A DNA stretch of 63,677 nt, counting the filler, from a bacterium (GTDB lineage Bacteria > UBP15 > UBA6099 > JAJRTR01), in assembly GCA_024278215.1 (NCBI GenBank). It is 5 parts of 5 records of this genome, joined end to end, with 100 filler letters (N's around TTAATTAATTAA, not from the genome) between each part and the next. Parts side by side here need not be neighbours in the genome. Positions count along the whole stretch, not along the records: positions 14,475 to 29,498 come from JAJRTR010000143.1; positions 29,599 to 42,224 come from JAJRTR010000144.1; 3 more parts are not named here. One strand, 5' to 3'. Position 1 is the first letter of the stretch. Each line of letters opens with the position of its first letter. This document shows positions 27,272-36,335 of the stretch, piece after piece. The notes beneath the pieces are model-generated. The model saw nothing but the letters and a program-made list of their open reading frames with translations. It was not told the origin of the DNA and searched no databases. The translations under genes and the position numbers were made by a program.

Positions 27272-29329
27272 GTGAGCGCGAAAAAAGTGAAGAAGAAGAA
27301 AGATATAGATACATCAGATTACTTCAATGGCCTGATTCCGATAAATGAATACATATACCGGAAGTATCTCAAGGAAGCCAAAGCACCGTTCAGCGACCAG
27401 ACGGCAAACGCCGACGAGATGATTCACGGTGCGGCGCAGTTCGAGGGCGAAAGAAATGCACTTATTCAATACCTTCGCAGACTGAGTCCGTTCGAGAGGC
27501 ACGTGTACGACTCGGCAAAGAGCCTTAAAAAAGTCGACGAAGAATTGAAAGAAGCTGTTGAAAAAAACAACGCCGACGAAATGACAAAAGGCTATTTCAA
27601 AATTGCTACGATCCTGATGCAACTGAAACTCTGGGTGCCCAGCGACTTTGAAATACAGGAAATGCCGCTCGCGATTGAATTTACGTCCGAAGAAATACAG
27701 TTCCTGGACCATGCTATGGGAATCGACATGCCGGTGCTGCCCGACAAAGTAAAAAGACCTGAACCCATAGAATTGACACGCACGGCAGACGTTGACAAAA
27801 GACAACTTCACGAAAGCGGCAGGATCATCGACCCGGACTATGAAGAACCACTCCGCAAGATCATGCGCAGCTACGTTTACAAACATTATGGCGTCGAAAG
27901 GATCGTGAATTTTTCCGGGACCAAGGTGCCTCTGAAATCCAACCAGTCGTTCCATAATGTTAAAGTCAAAGAAGAAGTCCATGATATGTCTTGCTTTTTT
28001 GGATTGTCGCAGTTCATCGAAAACAAGTACTCGAGTCTCCGAAGATCGACATACAGGCCGCTGGACATCGAACGCAAGGAATCGGGCGGGTACAGGGGTA
28101 AACGGATAAAGTTTAAGGAAGAAAACGGAAAACTCGTCGAAGTTCCCAACGGCATGATCTCAGTCGAAGTGATGGCAATGACGCCGCAGGACATAAACCT
28201 GAAGATGATCAACGACATCGGCTTGATCAGAGATACGCTGACTCAGGGCGCTAAGAAGATCGACAACAATTACTTCTTCAATATTTTTTACCACATACAG
28301 AAACCGTTGCTTTCCCCCGAAGAAATGAAAGATGTCGAAGTGAGTGAGACATACGAACGATTCGAGCCGTCCGAAACAGACGACTACATGAAGCACAGAG
28401 ACCGTATCGACGCCGATACAACTATGGACCTCATAAAAGAGCTGTCCGCCTGCGACCAGTATATATTCGGCGGCCACCTTGATATGGACCTCTACCTCGA
28501 CGGCATAGGTATCCGCAAAAAGCCTAACATTATGATTATCGAGGGCGAAGGGCTCGCTTCTTACGACTATATAAACAATCTGATAATAGTACCGTCGATC
28601 TGCCCGCAGAAAATAACGCCCATCGACCAGATACTGGCTGCTCTCGCCGACTTCAGGTACGCACTCTGGATAGACTCGCCGAAGGATATATGGGAACAAC
28701 AGGGAGTGGGCTTCCAGATCATCGGAAAGAGAAGTAAAGACAGGGCATCCAAAGCGCTCTGGAGTTGTTTCCCCGCACGATGCAGCGCGCTCATCAAGCA
28801 GAGGGCCTTCCGCGAATATTACAGAAAGCACATACTGGGATTCCTTTTCAGCAACAGGGTGAAAGTAGTCGCTGGCTGCGAAGTGCCGACAGTAAACCGC
28901 TTCCCCGATAAGGCACTCCGCATGTACTTCGACGCTTATGTACCGCTGAAAGAAATAAAAGAAAGCGGCTCGCTGAAAAAGAAACAGGAAAAGAAATCAG
29001 CCACCGCCCCAACTCAGGTACCGGCGGCAAAACCAGCCGCACCCGCCAGGCCGCCGGTCGCAACACCCTCTCACGCCACCGCGCCCGCAGCACCCACCGC
29101 GCCCGCTGCCGGGAAACCGGCAGCACCGGCATGTCCTGCCGCGCCCGCTCACACCCCGGCTGCAACTTCTGCCATGAAATGCGCGAATTGCGGGAAAGAA
29201 CTTCCCGCAGGCAGCAAGTTCTGCCTCGAATGCGGCACTCCCGTCGCCACCACCAAAAAATGCACGAAATGCGGATTCGAGCTGCCCATCGCTGCAAAAT
29301 TCTGCAACGAATGCGGCACTCCGCAATGA
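27272..29329 (+). CDS. Hypothetical protein with Pro/Ala linker and C-terminal double zinc ribbon
   Basis: 685-aa ORF (GTG start, ggagg RBS); CANC...FCLECG...CTKC...FCNECG. Confidence 0.8.
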   Translation: MSAKKVKKKKDIDTSDYFNGLIPINEYIYRKYLKEAKAPFSDQTANADEMIHGAAQFEGERNALIQYLRRLSPFERHVYDSAKSLKKVDEELKEAVEKNNADEMTKGYFKIATILMQLKLWVPSDFEIQEMPLAIEFTSEEIQFLDHAMGIDMPVLPDKVKRPEPIELTRTADVDKRQLHESGRIIDPDYEEPLRKIMRSYVYKHYGVERIVNFSGTKVPLKSNQSFHNVKVKEEVHDMSCFFGLSQFIENKYSSLRRSTYRPLDIERKESGGYRGKRIKFKEENGKLVEVPNGMISVEVMAMTPQDINLKMINDIGLIRDTLTQGAKKIDNNYFFNIFYHIQKPLLSPEEMKDVEVSETYERFEPSETDDYMKHRDRIDADTTMDLIKELSACDQYIFGGHLDMDLYLDGIGIRKKPNIMIIEGEGLASYDYINNLIIVPSICPQKITPIDQILAALADFRYALWIDSPKDIWEQQGVGFQIIGKRSKDRASKALWSCFPARCSALIKQRAFREYYRKHILGFLFSNRVKVVAGCEVPTVNRFPDKALRMYFDAYVPLKEIKESGSLKKKQEKKSATAPTQVPAAKPAAPARPPVATPSHATAPAAPTAPAAGKPAAPACPAAPAHTPAATSAMKCANCGKELPAGSKFCLECGTPVATTKKCTKCGFELPIAAKFCNECGTPQ

Positions 29330-29498
29330 ATTGCCGACACTGCAATATGGTTACACGTGAACTGAATAACTTAAAAAACCACCCTGAATACAAAGAACGC
29401 TTCAATGAGATTATGAAACAGATACAAGAGAACGATAAGAGGAAATAGGCTGTGTCGGAGCATCTGTGTGTTTTTTCGGGCCGAGTTTACCACAGCAC

Positions 29499-29598
29499 NN
29501 NNNNNNNNNNNNNNNNNNNNNNNNNNNNNNNNNNNNNNNNNNTTAATTAATTAANNNNNNNNNNNNNNNNNNNNNNNNNNNNNNNNNNNNNNNNNNNN
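29499..29598. other. Artificial contig spacer
   Basis: N44-ttaattaattaa-N44. Confidence 0.99.
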
Positions 29599-29738
29599 AA
29601 ATTGGTCGGAAGCAAGGCGGAGGTGCAAAATCCCCGCAGGCGTACTTGTAGAGTACGTCGAGGATGATTTTGTGCCGACAACGCAGCTGTTGACAATTGC
29701 AGCCGACCGTAGCCGAATCAGAATTTTGCAATTGGCTC
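29599..29738 (+). mobile_element. MITE family A copy, left end cut by contig start
   Basis: Shared core and right TIR aattttgcaattggctc. Confidence 0.85.
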
Positions 29739-29779
29739 AATAGGGGATATTAACATAATATTACCGGGGAGACGAAAAC

Positions 29780-30631
29780 ATGTATTGTAAAAAATGTGGT
29801 GGCGATGTACCCCTGACAGACAGGTTTTGCTCTCATTGCGGAGCGCCTGCGCGACAGATCGAACCTGAGGCAAGGACATGTGATGTGATAGATTACGAGA
29901 TAGTCGGCGACGACATGCAGGCGGTGATCATAACGCTTGATCCGCAGGAAGGGGTCCGCTCGGAGAGCGGCGCTATGATGTATATGCAGGATGGTATACA
30001 GATGAGCACGGGTGTCGACGGCGGAATATGGAAAGGCGTCAAAAGGATGTTCACCGGCGAGTCGTTCTTTCTTACAACTTTCACAAATATCGGAAATGTG
30101 AGGGCCGATGTGTCATTTGCCGCGCCTTATCCGGGCAAGATCGTCCCGCTCGATCTGGCGAAAGACAGGGAATATATATGCCAGAAAGATGCTTTTCTCT
30201 GTGCTGCCAACGGCGTGGACATCGAGATCGCATTCACAAAGAAACTGGGGGCGGGCTTCTTCGGCGGCGAAGGATTCATACTCCAGAAGATAAGCGGCGA
30301 CGGCTACGCCTTCATACACGCGGGCGGCACTATTGTGGAACTCGATCTCAAACCCGGCGAGACCCTGCGTGTCGACACCGGCTGCCTGATGGCATTCAAG
30401 CCCACGGTGACGTACGACATACAGTTTGTCGGAGGATTTAAGAATTTGCTATTTGGTGGTGAAGGGCTTTTCCTTGCCACTCTCACGGGGCCTGGCAAAG
30501 TCTATCTACAGACTATACCGTTCAACAGGCTGGCCAGGAGCATAATTGCAGCCTCCGGTGTGAATATTCGGGGTGGCGAAAAAAAAGGAACAAATATTCT
30601 CAGCACATTGACGGACTTCGCCGGAAGTTGA
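29780..30631 (+). CDS. AIM24/TIGR00266 family protein with N-terminal zinc ribbon
   Basis: YEIVGDDMQ, TGESFF, CQKDAFLC, FFGGEGFILQ, GPGKVYLQ; CKKCG..FCSHCG. Confidence 0.9.
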   Translation: MYCKKCGGDVPLTDRFCSHCGAPARQIEPEARTCDVIDYEIVGDDMQAVIITLDPQEGVRSESGAMMYMQDGIQMSTGVDGGIWKGVKRMFTGESFFLTTFTNIGNVRADVSFAAPYPGKIVPLDLAKDREYICQKDAFLCAANGVDIEIAFTKKLGAGFFGGEGFILQKISGDGYAFIHAGGTIVELDLKPGETLRVDTGCLMAFKPTVTYDIQFVGGFKNLLFGGEGLFLATLTGPGKVYLQTIPFNRLARSIIAASGVNIRGGEKKGTNILSTLTDFAGS

Positions 30632-30827
30632 CAGGGCAGATTTTCACGTGCGGAAGTTGTTGCGTACAGGCATTTTGGAGTTTGCGCTTTTTATGTGTGA
30701 CGAGTACAATTACAGACAAAATCATTTCGTTTCAGAGGATATTGCAATATACAGCGGCATCAGATTCTGAGCGGAAAGTTTTCGTATCGATAAGTATTTT
30801 AGCATAAGTGAGGAGACAGATCAAATC

Positions 30828-31463
30828 ATGAAAACTCTTAAAACAATAATCCTGGCGGTATCGCTCATTATTGTACTTTGCCTCCAGGTATGCGGTGCAG
30901 AAGAGATAACGGCCTGGGTGAGCCTTACAGAGGGGAAGGTGCAGGTAAAATCCACTGGGCGGAGCGAGTGGATAAACATTGACCGCGACTACGCGCTGAA
31001 GTCCGGCGACAGCATACGCACAGACAGAAAGTCGTCATGCGTGATCAAGTGGGACAGCGGTAATGTCACCCGGCTGTTTGAGAATACCGTGCTGCATTTC
31101 AAGTCGCTGATTGCTGAAAAAAACGGCACGACGATGACCGGTCTGAAGATGGATACGGGCCGGATCGTCGTGCATGCAAAGCCACTCGCGAAAGATGCTT
31201 CGTACTTTATCGTGAGGGTTCCCACGGCGATGGTGGGAGTGAAGGGAACCAACTTTTTCGTCGAAGTCGATAAGAGCGGAAGCGCGAAATTCGGGGTGCT
31301 GGGCGGAGAGATATTTGTGGCGTCAAAAGGCAGCGAAGTTAAGTTGGCGAATGAGGCGATGGTTGATGTCGACAGCAGCGGCAATATAGGCGAGCCTTAT
31401 AATGTGCCAAAAGGTGACAAGATCGAAATGTACAGGGCACTTATGGTGATAAAGAAGGTTTAG
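30828..31463 (+). CDS. FecR-domain secreted protein
   Basis: Signal peptide; LKSGDSIRT, PTAMVGVKGTNFFV, VLGGEI. Confidence 0.85.
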   Translation: MKTLKTIILAVSLIIVLCLQVCGAEEITAWVSLTEGKVQVKSTGRSEWINIDRDYALKSGDSIRTDRKSSCVIKWDSGNVTRLFENTVLHFKSLIAEKNGTTMTGLKMDTGRIVVHAKPLAKDASYFIVRVPTAMVGVKGTNFFVEVDKSGSAKFGVLGGEIFVASKGSEVKLANEAMVDVDSSGNIGEPYNVPKGDKIEMYRALMVIKKV

Positions 31464-31477
31464 CTTCAACTGAAAAG

Positions 31478-33694
31478 TTACTTCTGCATCTCCTTTCTAA
31501 CATTTTTCCTTATAGTGTCAGGATCGTAGCAGGGACCTTCAGTCGGGTCCGGGAAAACGATATCAGAGCCGGTGATGATGGTTGTTCTTTTACCGATCGG
31601 TGCGTCGAGCACTTTCTGTTTGTTGACGTAAACCTCGCAGACGTCGGCCTTCATTTTCAGGTCAATGCGTATGTATCTGACTTTGAGCCCCTGGAGTTCG
31701 AGTTTTTTTACAAAATTCAGTGGCACCGGTTTGATCGAAACATCGCCGCGCATCGAGACTTCGAGTCCGAACACGCCATAGATAATCGCCTGTGCGGCGG
31801 CGGCGCCGGCAATGGTGTTCGACCTGCCCGATTCGTCGAATTCCATTTGATCCGCCCGCACTGCTTCAGGATAATACGGAAACCTGTTACCCCACCAGAG
31901 AATCCGTGTGAGTATATCCTCGCCGAGTTCGGGATATCCCGCCCTGTATAGGTTGGTGATCAGTTCGGGCGCTTCGCCGATAAATGTGCCGGGACCGCCC
32001 CAGGCGATGTCGTCATCGTCGAAACCGGCATCTTTTTTGCTCAGGCTGTGCACTCCGTAAGGATAAAGAAACTCGCTGTCGTTGAGATGCAGAACCATTT
32101 TATCCGACTGTTCTTTCGACGGAACGCCGGTATCGAGAAGATGATAAATCTGCACCGACCAGACCGTGTGTTTTTCTCCGGCAGGGTCGATGACATCGTA
32201 CCAGCCTTTTTCCGGATTCCACATTTTTTCATTTATGAGTTTTTCGAGGAAGTCGGCTTTTTTTCGCAAGATAGCCGCCTCGCTCTCTCTGCGCTGGAGC
32301 AGGTCGAGCATATCCGCCGCAGTGCGGAATATCACGACACGCTCGGCGTTCGGGCTGGGGACAACGTGTTCGTAAGGCGCTTTTCGGACTCCCAGGAGTT
32401 GCTGTGTGTCTCCATAATCCAGGAGTTTCGGCATATCCAGGGTTCTGAGACCGCGATTGGCAATGTCGATGATGTTGTCGATCATCGGCTTGCCCAGAAC
32501 CCGGTCGGTCAGTATTTCCCAGTCGCCTGTGAGCGCCACATAGTCTCTGACGAGTCTGACGATGGCGTAATCGCTGAAGGCGAGCCGTTTGCCAAGACCA
32601 CGCGCCGTAAGCGGGTCGAAAGCGCGGTGCCTGTTTATGTTCATGTTGACGAAATACCTTATCTGTTTTCGCGCCGCGGCGCGGTCCGCCATGATCATCA
32701 GTGGTCCGACATAAGAATAGTCCCACAACTGCGCCGACATTGCCCTGCCGTCGAGCCCGCTGCCGGCAAAGAAGGGGGTGAAGATGAAAGCGTCGTCGTT
32801 TCCCCAGCGGGCCGCCTTGATAGAGAGCATCGAGTGGTCGAAAAATGTTCTGAGGTTGCGGTTGTTTGTGATAATATGCGGCACCCATTTCGACATCTCA
32901 TTGATGTCTATCATGCGCCTTGCACGCGAATCCTTCACGAACACCGCAGGGTCGTCATATTGTGCGAGTAGCGCTTTCGCTTCCTTCTTCTCAGCCATAG
33001 CGCATATAAAATAGAAATAAACAGATGTTGTCGCCGGCACAATTATTTTTGATTTTAGAATGCCGCTCTCGAAAACAGGGTCCGGTAGTTCGGTCTTGCA
33101 GAATATGCCGCCGTCGGGAACCGTTGCACTGAAGATTTTCTTGTCGCTGTCGAAAGCGGATGTGACAGGCGTTGTAACTTCAGGCCCGTCGAGGTCCCAT
33201 TCGACTGGGTCGGGCTTGCCCATTTTGCCTTTCATCTCGAAACTGAGCTCGAACTCGCGGTCCTTGCCCTCCCTCTCGTAGAACTGGCCCAGCGCGAGAA
33301 AAACCGGCTCCGCGGGTGCAAGCGTGAGAGTTGTTCTCAAGACCACTCCGTAGCTTTCGCTTTGCCTGTCGAAGTCGTTTATCAGCCACGATGTGTATAT
33401 CGGAATCTTTATCTTTCCGTCCACTTTCATCGTAAATTCGAAATCATTCGTTGCGAGCGGCGGGGAAATCGGATTCCGGAAATTAAGGTTCTCCTTCGGG
33501 TCTGAACCGAGTGTGATGTATCCGTTGAAAACCCTGAGGTGCTTCGAATCGTAAATGTTTTTTTTCTGTGTCATCTGGAAGCAGTCCTGGTTCGGTTTTG
33601 CATCCAGACTGCAAAATCCACTTGCGGATTCAGCAGACAGAAAAAAGACGGAAACGAAAAAAACTGCAATAAAGATGTAATGTATAGTCTTCAT
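31478..33694 (-). CDS. Secreted six-hairpin (alpha/alpha)6 glycoside hydrolase-like protein
   Basis: Signal peptide at MKTIHY; WDYSY, INEKMWNPEKGWY, EFLYPYGVHSLSK, WGGPG. Exact GH family not determinable. Confidence 0.7.
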   Translation of the reverse strand: MKTIHYIFIAVFFVSVFFLSAESASGFCSLDAKPNQDCFQMTQKKNIYDSKHLRVFNGYITLGSDPKENLNFRNPISPPLATNDFEFTMKVDGKIKIPIYTSWLINDFDRQSESYGVVLRTTLTLAPAEPVFLALGQFYEREGKDREFELSFEMKGKMGKPDPVEWDLDGPEVTTPVTSAFDSDKKIFSATVPDGGIFCKTELPDPVFESGILKSKIIVPATTSVYFYFICAMAEKKEAKALLAQYDDPAVFVKDSRARRMIDINEMSKWVPHIITNNRNLRTFFDHSMLSIKAARWGNDDAFIFTPFFAGSGLDGRAMSAQLWDYSYVGPLMIMADRAAARKQIRYFVNMNINRHRAFDPLTARGLGKRLAFSDYAIVRLVRDYVALTGDWEILTDRVLGKPMIDNIIDIANRGLRTLDMPKLLDYGDTQQLLGVRKAPYEHVVPSPNAERVVIFRTAADMLDLLQRRESEAAILRKKADFLEKLINEKMWNPEKGWYDVIDPAGEKHTVWSVQIYHLLDTGVPSKEQSDKMVLHLNDSEFLYPYGVHSLSKKDAGFDDDDIAWGGPGTFIGEAPELITNLYRAGYPELGEDILTRILWWGNRFPYYPEAVRADQMEFDESGRSNTIAGAAAAQAIIYGVFGLEVSMRGDVSIKPVPLNFVKKLELQGLKVRYIRIDLKMKADVCEVYVNKQKVLDAPIGKRTTIITGSDIVFPDPTEGPCYDPDTIRKNVRKEMQK

Positions 33695-33785
33695 GTTTGG
33701 GTTCACGCCTTCTCTTTTATGCTTTTGCAACTTCTGTCGCATCGGCAAACCGATTGTGCGCCGACAGTTTAAATATCTTAATATA

Positions 33786-33963
33786 GAGCCAATTGAAAAA
33801 TTCTGATTCTGCTGCGGTCGGCTGCTATTGTCCATAGCTGCGTTGTCGGCGCGAAATCGTCCTCGACGTACTCTACAAGTACGCCTGCGAGGATTTTATA
33901 CCTTCGCCTTGCTCTGAACAATTTCGCTCGACCTCGCTACGAACATAATTTTGAAATTGGCTC
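33786..33963 (-). mobile_element. MITE family A, complete 178-bp copy flanked by TA
   Basis: gagccaattgaaaaatt...aattttgaaattggctc; ta at 33784-33785 and 33964-33965. Confidence 0.88.
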
Positions 33964-34043
33964 TACAGGAAATATACTAATGACACATGTCGTGTATTGC
34001 AAAGATTCTTTTTCAAATACGAACAGTGACGAAAGAGGGAAAA

Positions 34044-34739
34044 ATGCAGAATAAGATACAAGCAGTTTTTTTCGACGCGGGGAATACACTTGTTTATCTT
34101 GATTATGCCTACATTGCTGAAGAACTGGGACGCTCAGGAATTGAGGTGTCGGCGGAAGATGTCCGGCACGCCGAACTCATCGCGCGCGGCACTGTAGATA
34201 AAAGGATAGCCGAGGGCAACATCAGCGACCCGCAGGTGTGGGACCTGTATTTCAGAACAATGTTCACCACGGCGGGACTCGACGGCGCGGCGGCTGTCGA
34301 CGACACACTGAGGCGAATCCGCAAACACAATGAATACATGCTGCTGTGGCGGTTTGTACCCGATGAAGTATTCGACGCACTGGCAACACTGCGCGCAGCG
34401 GGCTACAAACTCGGGATCATATCGAACAACGACGGTTCGCTCGAAAAACTGCTCGCGCAGACCAACCTTACCGATAAGGTCGATTTCGCGCTGGACTCGC
34501 ATGTCGTCGGTTCGGAAAAACCCGATCCGGGGATATTCCGGCGGGCGATGGGACTTGCGGGCGTGCCGCCCGAAGCCTGCGTGCATGTCGGAGACATCGA
34601 GTCCGCGGACGTCGTCGGTGCAAAAGGAGTCGGCATATATCCCGTATTGCTCGACCCGACCGGAACAAAAAACTGCGACTGCGAATCTATCCGTTCCATC
34701 GGCGAGATAGTCGATGTTGTCAAGAGGTTGGACAGGTAA
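34044..34739 (+). CDS. HAD-superfamily hydrolase (subfamily IA)
   Basis: FFDAGNTL, IISN, EKPDPGIF, HVGD...DVVGA. Confidence 0.92.
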   Translation: MQNKIQAVFFDAGNTLVYLDYAYIAEELGRSGIEVSAEDVRHAELIARGTVDKRIAEGNISDPQVWDLYFRTMFTTAGLDGAAAVDDTLRRIRKHNEYMLLWRFVPDEVFDALATLRAAGYKLGIISNNDGSLEKLLAQTNLTDKVDFALDSHVVGSEKPDPGIFRRAMGLAGVPPEACVHVGDIESADVVGAKGVGIYPVLLDPTGTKNCDCESIRSIGEIVDVVKRLDR

Positions 34740-34920
34740 TCAGTGGTTGAACGAACAGTGTGAAATTGAAATTATGCTGATAAACAAAGGTGTATTTATT
34801 CGCGTGCCTGTTTGGTTGTGGTGGACGCTTTTCGGATGTCGGCACTGACAGTAACGTGTTTTTTCACGTATTTTCAGCGTTGATACGACAGTAGTGCTTA
34901 CTTGAGTGATATGGATACGC

Positions 34921-35901
34921 TCAGCGATTAAGGACACCTTCGGTTATGGTGTCGATGTAATATTTCGAGTATAGCGCTCCGATTGGGTTGTTGGCGAGGA
35001 GTTTGTCTTTGACAAAAAGAGTTGTAACAGGCGCTTCGCTGTATTTCGATAACACCGTGTCGCATCCCACACACAAGCCTGCGGTGATATTCAGTTCGGT
35101 CCCCGCGCTGTTCAGCGCAAGCGCCTGGCCTTTCGGATTGCAGATCAAACCGTTACGGCCTTCAGGTCCGTTTTTTGTCCCGGAGGTATCAGAGCATATC
35201 CGGCAGCAAACGGAAGTGACTTTGAAGAACCGTCGCAGGATGTTACGCAACAGTTCAGTTTCCTCGAACATATCTATGCAGAATGCGATGCCTACCTTTC
35301 GGAACTCCATTATATGGGCAAAATAGACGACTTCCGCAATGCGGCACATCTTCCGTTCGCTCTCGTGGGCGATATCCAGAGAGAACTCGATACTTTTGCG
35401 GTCAGAGTCGTCGAGCATCGGAGCGGAAAGTGCCGGCATGTAGTTTCCGCAGGGTTCGCCCTTGAGGCAAGTTCGGTTTCGGCATTTCATGCAATCGCGC
35501 CAATGGCCGGTATCGGAGTCCGGCCCTGAAGCGTCTGCGTCGTCGTTACCGGCAGTCTTCTCAGCCTCATCGATATTATAGGTAAGTCCATAACCCTGCC
35601 TGAGTTTCCCTTTAAGGAAAGCCTGCACTATCCTGTCTATCTCACCTGCGACATTGTTTATAACGGATATGCCCCGGGACTCCGCTTGACGTATGAAATC
35701 CCTGTCCGCGCCGCCGCAGATAAACACATCGACATTCAGGTCCAGCAGTTGCCCCACCCACGCCTCCGGGTCGAATCCGCTGATCACGACAAGTTCCTTG
35801 CTCATGATCATATCATCTGTAATATCAATGACTATCATCCGGTCGGAATAAAAAAATCTTGGTGAAACCCGTGTTCCGAATATGGGAATAGCGGCTTTCA
35901 T
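34921..35901 (-). CDS. NifB/NifX-like domain fused to DUF1847 Cys-rich metal-binding domain
   Basis: N-term AIP...RVSPRF...VDVFICGG; C-term KVGIAFC, SVCC, CNPKGQA, GLCVGCD, TTLFVKD. Confidence 0.8.
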   Translation of the reverse strand: MKAAIPIFGTRVSPRFFYSDRMIVIDITDDMIMSKELVVISGFDPEAWVGQLLDLNVDVFICGGADRDFIRQAESRGISVINNVAGEIDRIVQAFLKGKLRQGYGLTYNIDEAEKTAGNDDADASGPDSDTGHWRDCMKCRNRTCLKGEPCGNYMPALSAPMLDDSDRKSIEFSLDIAHESERKMCRIAEVVYFAHIMEFRKVGIAFCIDMFEETELLRNILRRFFKVTSVCCRICSDTSGTKNGPEGRNGLICNPKGQALALNSAGTELNITAGLCVGCDTVLSKYSEAPVTTLFVKDKLLANNPIGALYSKYYIDTITEGVLNR

Positions 35902-35926
35902 GCAGTGCCTCCGAACAAAGTTTAAT

Positions 35927-35942
35927 TGCAATAATCATGCCA
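35927..35942 (-). promoter_or_regulatory. Sigma-54 -24/-12 promoter (leftward)
   Basis: Minus strand TGGCATGATTATTGCA, with correct GG-N10-GC spacing, just upstream of the 35901 start. Confidence 0.75.
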
Positions 35943-36063
35943 TGTAAAACGATATACTCCAGCGTATCCTTTCGAGGTGCGTCTCCTGTTATCCGGTGTC
36001 GAGTTTTGCAATGGATTTACCGTTTTCAATACCGAAAATCTATTGATACAGTGATTCAACAAA

Positions 36064-36112
36064 TGTTGCATATCGGCGTTGCATGTTGCAACATGTTGCA
36101 ATGTTATGCAAC
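36064..36112. promoter_or_regulatory. Tandem TGTTGCA/TGCAACA sites, probable enhancer-binding-protein UAS
   Basis: tgttgcatatcggcgttgcatgttgcaacatgttgcaatgttatgcaaca lies between two divergent sigma-54 promoters. Confidence 0.6.
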
Positions 36113-36258
36113 AAATATGGCTGCGCTATGATGGTTTTCGAGGAAAACGGAAATCCTCACGAAACAGGTCGACAATCTGTTTGATATAGGTGTTGTCAGG
36201 TAGATTCATAAGTTATTTACCAAATTATTGTCGCTCGGAAAGTGCCGTGCTCACGATT

Positions 36259-36274
36259 TGGCATATATATTGCT
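36259..36274 (+). promoter_or_regulatory. Sigma-54 -24/-12 promoter (rightward)
   Basis: TGGCATATATATTGCT, about 60 nt before the 36336 start. Confidence 0.78.
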
Positions 36275-36335
36275 TTTAAATATATTTGCGCAGCATTTCT
36301 GAGCGTATTGCGACAGGAAGGACGGTCGAAAAGAC

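Noticed and set aside
14235-29738. Idea that the MITE A halves ending contig 1 and starting contig 3 are the same locus
   Set aside because: The overlapping parts differ at several positions (tgtaaaatcctc/tgcaaaatcccc, ctatggac/ctgttgac), so they are different copies.
33695-33835. N-terminal extension MDNSSRPQQN of the glycoside hydrolase, echoed in ORF 51643..51909
   Set aside because: Translation of MITE A sequence, not a shared protein domain.
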